Assembly (NCBI GenBank): GCA_965221905.1
Contig: OZ244922.1
Coordinates: 2,464,001 to 2,528,000, forward strand
DNA length: 64,000 nucleotides
Reading direction: 5' to 3'
DNA from: Chloroflexota bacterium
Lineage (GTDB): Bacteria; Chloroflexota; UBA11872; VXOZ01
Of the stretch, positions 1 to 8,612 are shown in pieces; position 1 is the stretch's first letter; each line of letters begins with the position of its first letter. The position numbers and the translations under genes are program-made. The notes under the pieces were generated by a model. The model was not told the DNA's origin. It made no database searches and was given only the letters and a program-made list of their open reading frames with translations.

Positions 1-524
1 TCGGTTGCCAAAGGTGTTTAGCCTTGGGAAGTGGGCTTCCCAGATTCCCACAGGGTTACACGTGTCCCGTGGTACTCAGGCACAGCAACGAGAGAGCTGT
101 GATTTTCGTGTACGGGGCTTTCACCCTCTCTGGCGGGCCATTCCAGACCCTTCTACTAACCACAGCTTTTCTCCAACTCTCCGAGCTCCTTGCAGAAAGC
201 TCTGTTGCGGCCTACAACCCTCATACTGCAACGGCTGCAACCTATCACACAGTATGAGTTTGGGCTGTTCCCCTTTCGCTCGCCACTACTCAGGGAATAA
301 TCTCTTTTCCTCGCCTTACTAAGATGATTCAGTTCAGACGGTTCCCTCCACATACCTATGAATTCAGTATGCGGTGACGAGGCATCACCCTCGCCGGGTT
401 TCCCCATTCGGGTACCTGCGGATCAAAATCTGCTGACGACTCCCCGCAGCTTTTCGCAGTCAACCGCGCCCTTCATCGGCCTTTGGCACCAAGGCATCCA
501 TCGTACGCCCTTAGTAACTTAGCC
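1..524 (-). rRNA. rrl: 23S rRNA, 5' portion (continues beyond the window start)
   Basis: The reverse complement starts GGCTAAGTTACTAAGGGCGTACGATGGATGCCTTGG and contains conserved LSU segments (CCGAATGGGGAAACCC, GAACTGAATCATCTTAGTA, AGTAGTGGCGAGCGAAA, CCTGAGTAC). The 5' end is approximate. Confidence 0.96.
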
Positions 525-607
525 TGCTTCTAATCGGCAAAATTGAAGTTCTGCTTTGCGCATATTCACTTGTTAAGGTACCGCCCCATCTCTAGGGCGC
601 AACAACT

Positions 608-637
608 AATGTACCAAACACCGTACCACGGTGTCAA
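608..637 (-). promoter_or_regulatory. sigma70-type promoter of the 23S rRNA gene
   Basis: Minus strand TTGACA (637-632), 18 bp spacer, then TGG-TACATT (613-608; extended -10). A processing-stalk-like GTACCTTAACAAGTGAATA lies between the promoter and the rRNA. Confidence 0.75.
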
Positions 638-746
638 GGAACCCCGTTCCAAACATCTGGGTCTTCCTTGCATCGAGAGCCGATGAGAAATCCGGTCGTG
701 CTGAATTCAAAGACGCAAGAATGAAATGGCTCATGGAGACCTCATC

Positions 747-2552
747 CTACTCGCTGGGAGGCGATGCCTGGCCGAAATCAATCAGGCTCCAGCAAACTGC
801 GGTGCCGTCCGCACGGAGACCGCACGCATGGCCTGTGCCGATGCTTATGGCCGTGAAGCGTTCACCTGCTGGCGGTCGTCCAACGTCTTGGCCCCAGCAA
901 TCGAGCGTACCGTCCGCCCGCAACCCGCAGATATGTCCCAAACCGCTCACGATGTCGGTGAACTCTTGGCCTGCCGGCGTTGGCGTTCCCGCCAGCAAGC
1001 CCCAGCAGAGCGGTGTTCCATCTTCGCGAAGCCCGCAGGTATGCGTGAACCCGGCACTGATTATCGTGAACTGCTCGCCTGCCGGCGGCGGCGTTCCCTC
1101 CAGCAAGCCCCAGCAGAGCGGCGTTCCATCTTCGCGAAGCCCGCAGACGTGGAAGAAACCGGCGCTTACGGCCGTGAAGCGCTCGCCCTCCGGCGGCGGT
1201 CCCAAGTCATCGGCATCGCTGCCCCAGCAGATAGGCGTCCCGTCCAAACGGAGTCCGCAAATCTGTAACCATCCGCTGCTAATGGCCGAGAAACGCTCGC
1301 CCACCGGCGGCGCCACGCCGCTAAGATCTCCCCAGCAGGCGACTGTCCCATCCGCTCGCAGCCCGCAGGCTTGCAGCCAGTTGCTTGCGATTGCTGTGAA
1401 TCGCTTGTCTTCCGGCGGTGATGCCTGACCGAACTCGTCGTTGCCCCAGCACACGGGAGTGCCGTCCTCACGCAGCGCGCACGTGTATTCCCAACCGCTG
1501 CTAATGGCGTTAAAGCGCTCACCCTCCGGTGGCGACATGTCTAAGCCCCAGCAGACAAGTGTCCCATCCACACGGAGTGCGCAGGTATGATAGTGGCCGC
1601 TGCTTATAGCAGTGAAATGCTCGCCCCCTGGCGGCGATGCTTGACCTTCGGCATTTGTGCCCCAACAAACGGATGTCCCATCCGCGCGCAGCGCGCAGGT
1701 GTGTAGAGTGCCGCTGCTGACGGCGTTGAAAGTCTCGCCCAATGGCGGTGATGCCATACCATCGGTATTCCCGCCCCAGCAAACGGGTGTCCCATCTGCG
1801 CGCAGCGCGCAAACATGACTGAGACCGCTGCTAATTGCGCTGAAGTTCTCTCCCTCTGGCGGGGACACCTTACCATCGGCATTCCATCCCCAGCAAACGG
1901 GTGTTCCATCTGCACGGAGTGCGCAGGAACGAGAGTTTCCGCTGCTGATGACAGAAAACCGCTCACCCTCCGGTGGCGATGCCTGATCGAAGTCGTCATT
2001 TCCCCAGCAGACGGGTGTTCCATCCTCACGAAGCGCGCAGGTATGAAAACCACCACTACTGATGGTGATGAGGCGCTCGCCGTCCGGTGGAGAGGATTGG
2101 CCTTCCTCATTTCTCCCCCAACAGACAGGCGTTCCGTCCGCCCGCAGCGCGCACGTGTGATAGTAGCCGCTGCTGATGGCAGTGAACCGCTCGCCCTCCG
2201 GCGGCGATGCCTGGCCCTCCTCGTCGCTGCCCCAGCACACGGCAGTGCCGTCCATCCGAATCGCGCACGTGTGGAGATCGCCGCTGCTGATAGCAACGAA
2301 CCTTGCATCGGCTGACTCAATCCGTGTAGGCGTGGGATTCACCGTACCAGTCGGGTGCGGAGTGACTGTCGCCGTAACTAAGTGCTCGACACTAGGAGTC
2401 GGCGCGACCGTAAGCAGCGCAGCCGGCGAAACCGTTTGCTCGCCTGCACATGCTGCCAGCAAGGCCGCCGCCAGTAGGCACGATAGGACGATCCCCTCAA
2501 TCCGATGCAGGACTTCTTGCCAACTAGGAACCGTACTGCTCCTGGTCTTCAC
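747..2552 (-). CDS. RCC1/BLIP-II-like beta-propeller repeat lipoprotein (14 repeats)
   Basis: Lipobox LLAAC, a Thr/Pro linker, then 14 repeats of about 34-38 aa of the form FxAISSGxxHTCALRxDGTPVCWG...SPPxGER. GTG start at 2552 chosen from an RBS-like AAGGA; the ORF is open to 2621. Confidence 0.85.
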   Translation of the reverse strand: MKTRSSTVPSWQEVLHRIEGIVLSCLLAAALLAACAGEQTVSPAALLTVAPTPSVEHLVTATVTPHPTGTVNPTPTRIESADARFVAISSGDLHTCAIRMDGTAVCWGSDEEGQASPPEGERFTAISSGYYHTCALRADGTPVCWGRNEEGQSSPPDGERLITISSGGFHTCALREDGTPVCWGNDDFDQASPPEGERFSVISSGNSRSCALRADGTPVCWGWNADGKVSPPEGENFSAISSGLSHVCALRADGTPVCWGGNTDGMASPPLGETFNAVSSGTLHTCALRADGTSVCWGTNAEGQASPPGGEHFTAISSGHYHTCALRVDGTLVCWGLDMSPPEGERFNAISSGWEYTCALREDGTPVCWGNDEFGQASPPEDKRFTAIASNWLQACGLRADGTVACWGDLSGVAPPVGERFSAISSGWLQICGLRLDGTPICWGSDADDLGPPPEGERFTAVSAGFFHVCGLREDGTPLCWGLLEGTPPPAGEQFTIISAGFTHTCGLREDGTPLCWGLLAGTPTPAGQEFTDIVSGLGHICGLRADGTLDCWGQDVGRPPAGERFTAISIGTGHACGLRADGTAVCWSLIDFGQASPPSE

Positions 2553-2673
2553 GTGATCATCCTTTGCCTTGGGACCGCAAACTCCCTGCCATTGTCTCAA
2601 TTCTACTACGCTGTTGCTCAAGCCAGACTAGCTTGACCCGTTCCCACATTTCGCAAAGCAGAGGACAAGCCAA

Positions 2674-2713
2674 CACCCCCTGGACACTGGCTTTCGCTGG
2701 CATCCAGGGAGTG
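2674..2713 (-). terminator. 40-nt GAAA-loop hairpin downstream of vWA gene 1
   Basis: CACTCCCTGGA...GCGAAAGC...TCCAGGGGGTG on the minus strand, 53 nt past the end of the gene. Confidence 0.55.
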
Positions 2714-2765
2714 AAGTATTACCCTCAAACTATGTGCACGTGCCTGAAAGATCCCTCATCCCTAC

Positions 2766-4502
2766 CTAGCGGCTGTAGCCTGAGGACGGCCGCTCTTTTT
2801 GGGCAGTCTGTGTCAGGTAATCCAGCAAGAAGCTGAAGTCTTTGTAGGATGTTAGATCGCCCAATTGCCGGTCGAGCGACCACAACTCATCCAGTAGAAC
2901 CGCCAAGTCGCGGTCCACCGGGGATTCAGAGTAGTCAAGATTGCTGTAGCGATCTGCCGCGAGCGCCACGATGCCGCCAAACCGCAAGAATGCCTCATCC
3001 CGGGCATTCTCGCTCGCTTCGCTGGCGCTGAGCAGCGTGGCGTGCTGGCGATTGGATTCACCGGTCGCAGGCGTTACCCAGCGTATCTCCACCTCACCGA
3101 GCCGGGAGGTGTCTCGCCTGCCCGCATCGGTGAGCTGCAACTCAAAGAAGACCGTGGTAGCGGCACCTGCCGGTATCTCCGCAAACTCCTTGCGAGCCTC
3201 GGTGAAAGACTCATCGGAGGTAGCGCGGTTCTCGTAACCAACGATCCGCCACACCGAGACCATATCCGGGTCCCAGGTCACCTGGGCGCGCGTCTGGTCC
3301 GCAAAGGGTATGGAGAGCGCGAGCCAGTTTTCGCGGCTAAAGGTCGCACGGGCTTGCTCTACTGAGCTGAGATAGCGGTACCAGCCGTTGCCGTGCTGCG
3401 CCAGTTGCTCCAGCAGGTAGTCGTTGAAGTTCTCAATGCCGACGCCAATGGTGATGAGGCGCAGCGGATTGGTTTCGTCACGATCATCCGCCGACCTCAA
3501 GATTGCGAAGGGGTCAGTGGCATCCACGTTCGCCACACCGTCCGACATGAGAATGATGTAGTTGTATGAGTCGGGACGCTCGCGGCGAATGCGGTCGGCA
3601 AGCTGTACACCGAGATCCAGGCCGGCCTGCACGTTCGTGGAGCCATGCGGCGCCAGCAGATCGATGGAGCGCCTTACCGCACGATCATCAGGGTCTCTAT
3701 GATCGACCGTAAGTTCGTCAAGGACGCGGGTAGTAAAGTGGACCACGGCAATGCGGTCCTGGCCGCGCAGGCTCCGCCGAATGCTCTCGGCAGCTTCGCG
3801 GGCAATGGCTACGCGATCGCCCTCTCGCATCGAACCTGAGGCATCGAGCACCAGGGTCACGTTGAGCGGCGTGTCGTCGTAGCTCAGGTCTGCAGCTTGA
3901 AAAGCGATGCGCGCCAGATGCAGTCCGCTATCCAGGGGATGCCGGAAGACGTCGGTGGCGATGGCAAAGCTATCGTCGCGGAGGGGAAACGCGTAGTCAT
4001 AGTTGAACGCGTTAGTCCACTCCTCGGCCCTCACCGAGTCCGGCTCAACCCTGTAGGCAGAGCGCGCCCAATTGAGCGCCAGGTGGAACGACGTGCGGTC
4101 GGTATCCAAACTAAAGGTCGCGACCGCGTCGCGGGCCGTAGTGACGAACGTGGCTCGCGGGTAGTCCTTGAATGTGGTCGCACCTGCGGTCTGCTGCGGC
4201 GGACGGACTGCCGGCTGGCGTGTAGACGGTTGAGTCGACTGGGTACTGGACCGAGGAGCTTCCTTGGCTTCGGCTCTTGCCGCGGGAGCACGCGTGGGTA
4301 CCGCCCGTGCCGGCTCCGCCCTCTTGGCTGCTGGTGCTTCGCTATAGGCTTCTTCAGCGGCTTGGGGTTCCTCCGCCTTCTCGGCCGGTGCATCCATTTC
4401 CGCATCTTCCATGGTTGACATTGCCGGCGCCGCCCCACAAGCCGCAAGCATGAGCGCACCCACAAGCACCAGTATGATCGTCCTAAAATAACTCTTCATC
4501 AC
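2766..4502 (-). CDS. vWA-domain lipoprotein (YfbK-like: vWF_A N-domain + VWA + DUF3520-like)
   Basis: Lipobox LAAC; TFSLDTDRTSF and VRAEEWTNAFNY; MIDAS DASGS; GSTN; ILMSDGVAN; WRIVGYENR. Confidence 0.88.
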   Translation of the reverse strand: MMKSYFRTIILVLVGALMLAACGAAPAMSTMEDAEMDAPAEKAEEPQAAEEAYSEAPAAKRAEPARAVPTRAPAARAEAKEAPRSSTQSTQPSTRQPAVRPPQQTAGATTFKDYPRATFVTTARDAVATFSLDTDRTSFHLALNWARSAYRVEPDSVRAEEWTNAFNYDYAFPLRDDSFAIATDVFRHPLDSGLHLARIAFQAADLSYDDTPLNVTLVLDASGSMREGDRVAIAREAAESIRRSLRGQDRIAVVHFTTRVLDELTVDHRDPDDRAVRRSIDLLAPHGSTNVQAGLDLGVQLADRIRRERPDSYNYIILMSDGVANVDATDPFAILRSADDRDETNPLRLITIGVGIENFNDYLLEQLAQHGNGWYRYLSSVEQARATFSRENWLALSIPFADQTRAQVTWDPDMVSVWRIVGYENRATSDESFTEARKEFAEIPAGAATTVFFELQLTDAGRRDTSRLGEVEIRWVTPATGESNRQHATLLSASEASENARDEAFLRFGGIVALAADRYSNLDYSESPVDRDLAVLLDELWSLDRQLGDLTSYKDFSFLLDYLTQTAQKERPSSGYSR

Positions 4503-4780
4503 ACTATCCTCCTTATTGTGTTGCCCATCCGGCAGGCCCGATAAGAACCCTATTAGGCTAGATAACTCTATCTCTATATTTGGATCAACTCCCCCTCAAC
4601 TAAGTCGACTACGAAGTTGTCGAGACTCTTCCCTGTGTACTGGCCATCGACATGCAAAGTACTACCACCGAACTCTTGAGACTTTACTGTTGCTGACCGC
4701 CTCGTCCACGCCAGATGGCTGATTAGATTTGCCAAGCACACACGCGACTAGACTCTCCATAGAAGAAACGAGATTTCATT

Positions 4781-4820
4781 CACCCTCGGGACGCCGGCTT
4801 TCATCGGCGACCCGAGGGTG
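4781..4820 (-). terminator. 40-nt GAAA-loop hairpin downstream of vWA gene 2
   Basis: CACCCTCGGG...GAAA...CCCGAGGGTG, 53 nt past the end of the gene, the same spacing as for gene 1. Confidence 0.55.
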
Positions 4821-4872
4821 ATGTTCAGCGCACCATCAAAAGTTCTAACGCTGAAATTGTCTCAGCCCCTAC

Positions 4873-6555
4873 CTAGCGGCTGTAGCCTGAAGACGGATTT
4901 TCCTTCTCGGCAATGCCTGCGAGGAAGTCGAGCAGGAAGGAGAAGTCGCGGAACGCCGCGAGTTCTCCCAACTGCCGTTCAAGCGTGCTTAGCTCGCTCT
5001 GCAGCGCAAGCAAGTCGCGGTGCACTGGAGATTCGGAGTATTCGAGATTGCTATAGCGGTCGGCCGCCAGCGCCACGATAGCTCCAAACCGCAGCAGCGC
5101 TTCGTCCCGCACAGTCTCGCTCGCGTCGCTCGTGCTGAGCAATGTTGCGTGCTGCCGGTTTGATTCACCGGTCACAGGCGTTACCCAGCGTATCTCCACC
5201 TCTCCGAGCCGCGAGGTATTGATCCTTCCTTCCGGCGTCAACTGCAACTCATAGAAAACCGTAGTGGCAATCCCTGCCGGAATTTCCGCAAACTCCTTGC
5301 GGGCTTCAGTAAAGGACTCGTCAGACGTGACACGGTTCTCATAGCCGACGATACGCCATACCGCGACCATGTCCGGGTCCCAGGTCACCTGGGCGCGGGT
5401 CTGGTCCGCAAACGGAATGGAAAGCGCGAGCCAATTGTCGCGGCTGAAGGTCGCCCGAGCCCCTTCTACGGTGCTGAGGTAGCGGTACCAGCCGTTGCCG
5501 TTTTGCGCCAATTGCTCCAACAGGTAGTCGTTGAAGTTCTCAATGCCGACACCGATGGTGATCAGGCGCAGCGGGTTGGTGTTGTCCCGGTCCTCCGCCG
5601 ACTCTAAGATCGCGAAGGGATCCGTGGCATCTACATTGGCAACACCATCCGACATGAGAATGACGTAGTTGTAAGAGTCGGGACGCTCGCGGCGGATGCG
5701 TGCGGCAAGTTGCACGCCAAGATCCAGGCCGGCTTGCACATTCGTGGAGTCGTGCGGCGCGAGCTGACTGATAGACCATGTGACATCACTGTCATCCGGG
5801 TCGCGGTGTTCAACCGTGTACTGATTCAAGACGCGGGTGGTGAAATGGATCACTGCGATGCGGTCCTGGCCGCGCAAACTCCGCCGAATGCTCTCAGCCG
5901 CCTCACGAGCGATGGCGACGCGATTGCCGGAACTCATAGAGCCGGAGGCATCGAGCACCAGGGTTACGTTGACCGGTGTGTCATCGTAGGCAAAGTCAGC
6001 CGCCTGGAACGCTATGCGCGCAAGATGCAGATCTCTATCCAGGGGATGATCAATGACGTCGCTGGTAATGGCGAAACTATCTTCCCGCAGTGGGAAAGCG
6101 TAGTTATAGTTGAAAGCGTTGATCCACTCCTCGGCCCGCACGGAATCCGGCTCCACTCTGTAGTTGGATTGGGCCCAATTGAGTGCAAGATGGAACGACG
6201 TGCGGTCGGTGTCCAAGCTAAAAGTGGAGACCGCGTCGCGGGCAGTAGTAATGAATGTCGCGCGCGGATAGTCCTGGAATGTGGTCGCCCCTGCGGTCCG
6301 CGGCTGTTGCACTGCCGGTTGGCTTGTCGATGGCCGCGCAGGAGCGCGTGCAGATTCGGACTTGGCAGCAGGGGCTTTTTGAGCTGCCTTGGGCGCCTCG
6401 GCAGGGGGAGCCCTCTTTGCTTCTGCCTGAGGAGCCTCTCTCATTTCCTCCTTTGCGGGCGCTGATTCGTAGCTTGCTGTTGTCGCCGCCCCGCAGGACG
6501 CAAGCAAAAGCACACCCACAATTAGCAATGTTATCGTCGTAAAGTATCTCTTCAT
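4873..6555 (-). CDS. vWA-domain lipoprotein (YfbK-like), tandem paralog of 2766-4502
   Basis: Lipobox LASC, MIDAS DASGS, and long identical stretches shared with the neighbouring paralog. Confidence 0.88.
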   Translation of the reverse strand: MKRYFTTITLLIVGVLLLASCGAATTASYESAPAKEEMREAPQAEAKRAPPAEAPKAAQKAPAAKSESARAPARPSTSQPAVQQPRTAGATTFQDYPRATFITTARDAVSTFSLDTDRTSFHLALNWAQSNYRVEPDSVRAEEWINAFNYNYAFPLREDSFAITSDVIDHPLDRDLHLARIAFQAADFAYDDTPVNVTLVLDASGSMSSGNRVAIAREAAESIRRSLRGQDRIAVIHFTTRVLNQYTVEHRDPDDSDVTWSISQLAPHDSTNVQAGLDLGVQLAARIRRERPDSYNYVILMSDGVANVDATDPFAILESAEDRDNTNPLRLITIGVGIENFNDYLLEQLAQNGNGWYRYLSTVEGARATFSRDNWLALSIPFADQTRAQVTWDPDMVAVWRIVGYENRVTSDESFTEARKEFAEIPAGIATTVFYELQLTPEGRINTSRLGEVEIRWVTPVTGESNRQHATLLSTSDASETVRDEALLRFGAIVALAADRYSNLEYSESPVHRDLLALQSELSTLERQLGELAAFRDFSFLLDFLAGIAEKENPSSGYSR

Positions 6556-7135
6556 CTCAGTTTCTCCTCGTTGTCATTCACCCCACAGCACTGCGCCTAC
6601 AATACGTACACACAGAGGCGTAACTGGGGACGATCTTTGGAGACTAGCATCAACACGATCGGTTCCCGCGAGAGGTGACGAGAGAAGGAGAAAACACCAA
6701 CAAAGCCAGACACAGCCGGCATTCACCGAGCATACCAATCACGCTTGGACGGCAACGCCGCCCAAGACGCGAACTATATTTTGCTTGTCGGCATTCAGAC
6801 GAGAGGGATGGACAACCTTCCATAGAAGTGCGGGATTTCAAACCGTGCTTTAGGTATGTAAAAACGCGCGGTATCGTAATTCGTTCAAGTCGCTAGGCGA
6901 TCCTCCTTCCAAGCGTTGCATGGACACGACACGCGAGCACCACCCATGGCTCACACGCGCCCGCCAATTGGCTTTCCGGTACAACCTAACCCCAAAAAGA
7001 GTCGTTACCGATTGGAGTGTACTGATAGACTGTCCAAGCATTTGGGGGCTCGTACTAACTATGGTAAGCGAATTGCCGAGACTTGTCTAGACTTTTAGGT
7101 ACATTGAATACCTTGGCTCGCCTTGTGAGGGGAGG

Positions 7136-8179
7136 TCAAAAGGCTGCAATGTCGCCGCCAAGCCAGCGGTAAGGGCGAGGGTAAAGTGTTAGCGAACGGT
7201 CTTCCAGCGGTAGCGATAGGGGTACCGAACCCCACAGCGCCGAGTATTTTGCGGCGATCGCGACCTCCAGGGACTGGCGTAAGTCATGTCCTGATACGGC
7301 CATCTCGGTGCCTTTTTCGACGGCCGAGATGAACGACAGGATCGAGCTTGCGAGGTAGCTGTACTGCGGCCACGCGAACGGCGTGAATACCCGGTCGGTT
7401 TTTGCGCGCACGCCCTTGTCGTCGAACCCCTGGTAGATGTCCATCACGTCGCCCCAGTCCCAGCGCAGGAGCGAGTCCTCCGTCCATACGTCAACGCCGC
7501 GGTGAGGGGTCGGCTCACCAAAGACGGTCGTCTCGATTCCGGTACTCATTGTGAACCGGCCGTTAATGATGAGACCGCTGTCCTCACCCGATTCCAAGGC
7601 CTCCTGCGGCTTGCCCCAAGCGATCACCTCGGTGACTTCAGCCTGCGTGAGAAGCCTGAGAATGGCGATGTGCTGGCATCCGCCGCCGGATATCTCGCCG
7701 CCCCAACCATGCACCGTTGCGCCCCGCACCTCGCCAAAGTCGCCGTTTCGGAGCCAGTTAGCGGCCTCCTGCACGTCCGCACGAGCGCGCTGCAGGTTGC
7801 CGCCATGGAAGACAACGCCTCGCTCTCCACAGGTGTCGATCATCTCGTCCACGTCGGAGAGCTTGGCGCCAATGGGCTTATCGGTGGAAACACCGCGCAC
7901 ACCCGCTTGTGCCGAGGCTATCACTGCATCCTTGATGAACTTGCCGGGGAGCACGACAACGGCGAGATCGGGGACTTCGCCCATCCGTTGGTACAGCTCA
8001 TCGGCGTCCTTGTACAGCGCCTTGACGCCGTAACGCTCGCCAACGACCTTCCGCCGCTCGTCATTGTATTCGGCAATAGCAACGATCTCGGTATTCTCAA
8101 ACGTGTTGTAGACCTCAGCATATTGCTGGCCCATGCGACCACAGCCAATGATCGCAACTCGCAATGTCTCGACCGCCAC
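7136..8179 (-). CDS. Gfo/Idh/MocA family NAD(P)-dependent oxidoreductase
   Basis: RVAIIGCGRMG Rossmann motif; DKP at the EKP position; GxxG..ATV segment. Confidence 0.85.
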   Translation of the reverse strand: MAVETLRVAIIGCGRMGQQYAEVYNTFENTEIVAIAEYNDERRKVVGERYGVKALYKDADELYQRMGEVPDLAVVVLPGKFIKDAVIASAQAGVRGVSTDKPIGAKLSDVDEMIDTCGERGVVFHGGNLQRARADVQEAANWLRNGDFGEVRGATVHGWGGEISGGGCQHIAILRLLTQAEVTEVIAWGKPQEALESGEDSGLIINGRFTMSTGIETTVFGEPTPHRGVDVWTEDSLLRWDWGDVMDIYQGFDDKGVRAKTDRVFTPFAWPQYSYLASSILSFISAVEKGTEMAVSGHDLRQSLEVAIAAKYSALWGSVPLSLPLEDRSLTLYPRPYRWLGGDIAAF

Positions 8180-8185
8180 GGTAGA

Positions 8186-8471
8186 TCACCACCCTCTCGT
8201 CATGTCTGCTATGGTTGCTCTGATCAAGAAACTGCTGGGCTTGTTTCGGCCCCAGATGCATAGGCATCGGGACAGCCCATGCCTTACACGGAGTCGAATT
8301 ACGATGGTCCACAGCCACTCCCGCTCCTCCATGTACTGGCGAATAACCTCGCGTATGAGCAAGCTCATGGTGCGGCCCTCCGCGCATCGCGTTCTGCACC
8401 AGCTCGGCCATCTCTGGCGGCAGGGAGAACGTGATTGTCTTGGTGTTGCTGTTGATGGCCCTATTGGTCAT
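8186..8471 (-). pseudogene. Frameshifted ribbon-helix-helix (CopG-like) regulator/antitoxin
   Basis: One frame gives TKTITFSLPPEMAELVQNAMR; after a shift near 8381 a second frame continues EGRTMSLLIREVIRQYMEEREW, completing an RHH pattern. Confidence 0.7.
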
Positions 8472-8612
8472 ATACTGTCTTACACAATATCATGTGCCAT
8501 CTGGCCGTTCGCTGTCAGGCAATCCTTGAGCAGTGTGAGTTGACACGCGCAACCAGGATAGGGGATATACTGATTTGGGCACACCGAGTCTATAAGTTGG
8601 GAGCTTTGGTCT

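Noticed and set aside
5-407. ORFs at 5-322, 24-257 and 156-407
   Set aside because: They lie within the 23S rRNA gene and are spurious.
747-2300. Regularly spaced repeats that could suggest a CRISPR array or a DGR target
   Set aside because: The repeats are degenerate, keep the codon frame and encode RCC1-like blades. There are no identical repeats with unique spacers, no cas genes, and no reverse transcriptase or template repeat in the window.
6556-7135. 580-bp intergenic region with short ORFs
   Set aside because: No recognisable RNA, repeat or convincing coding signal.
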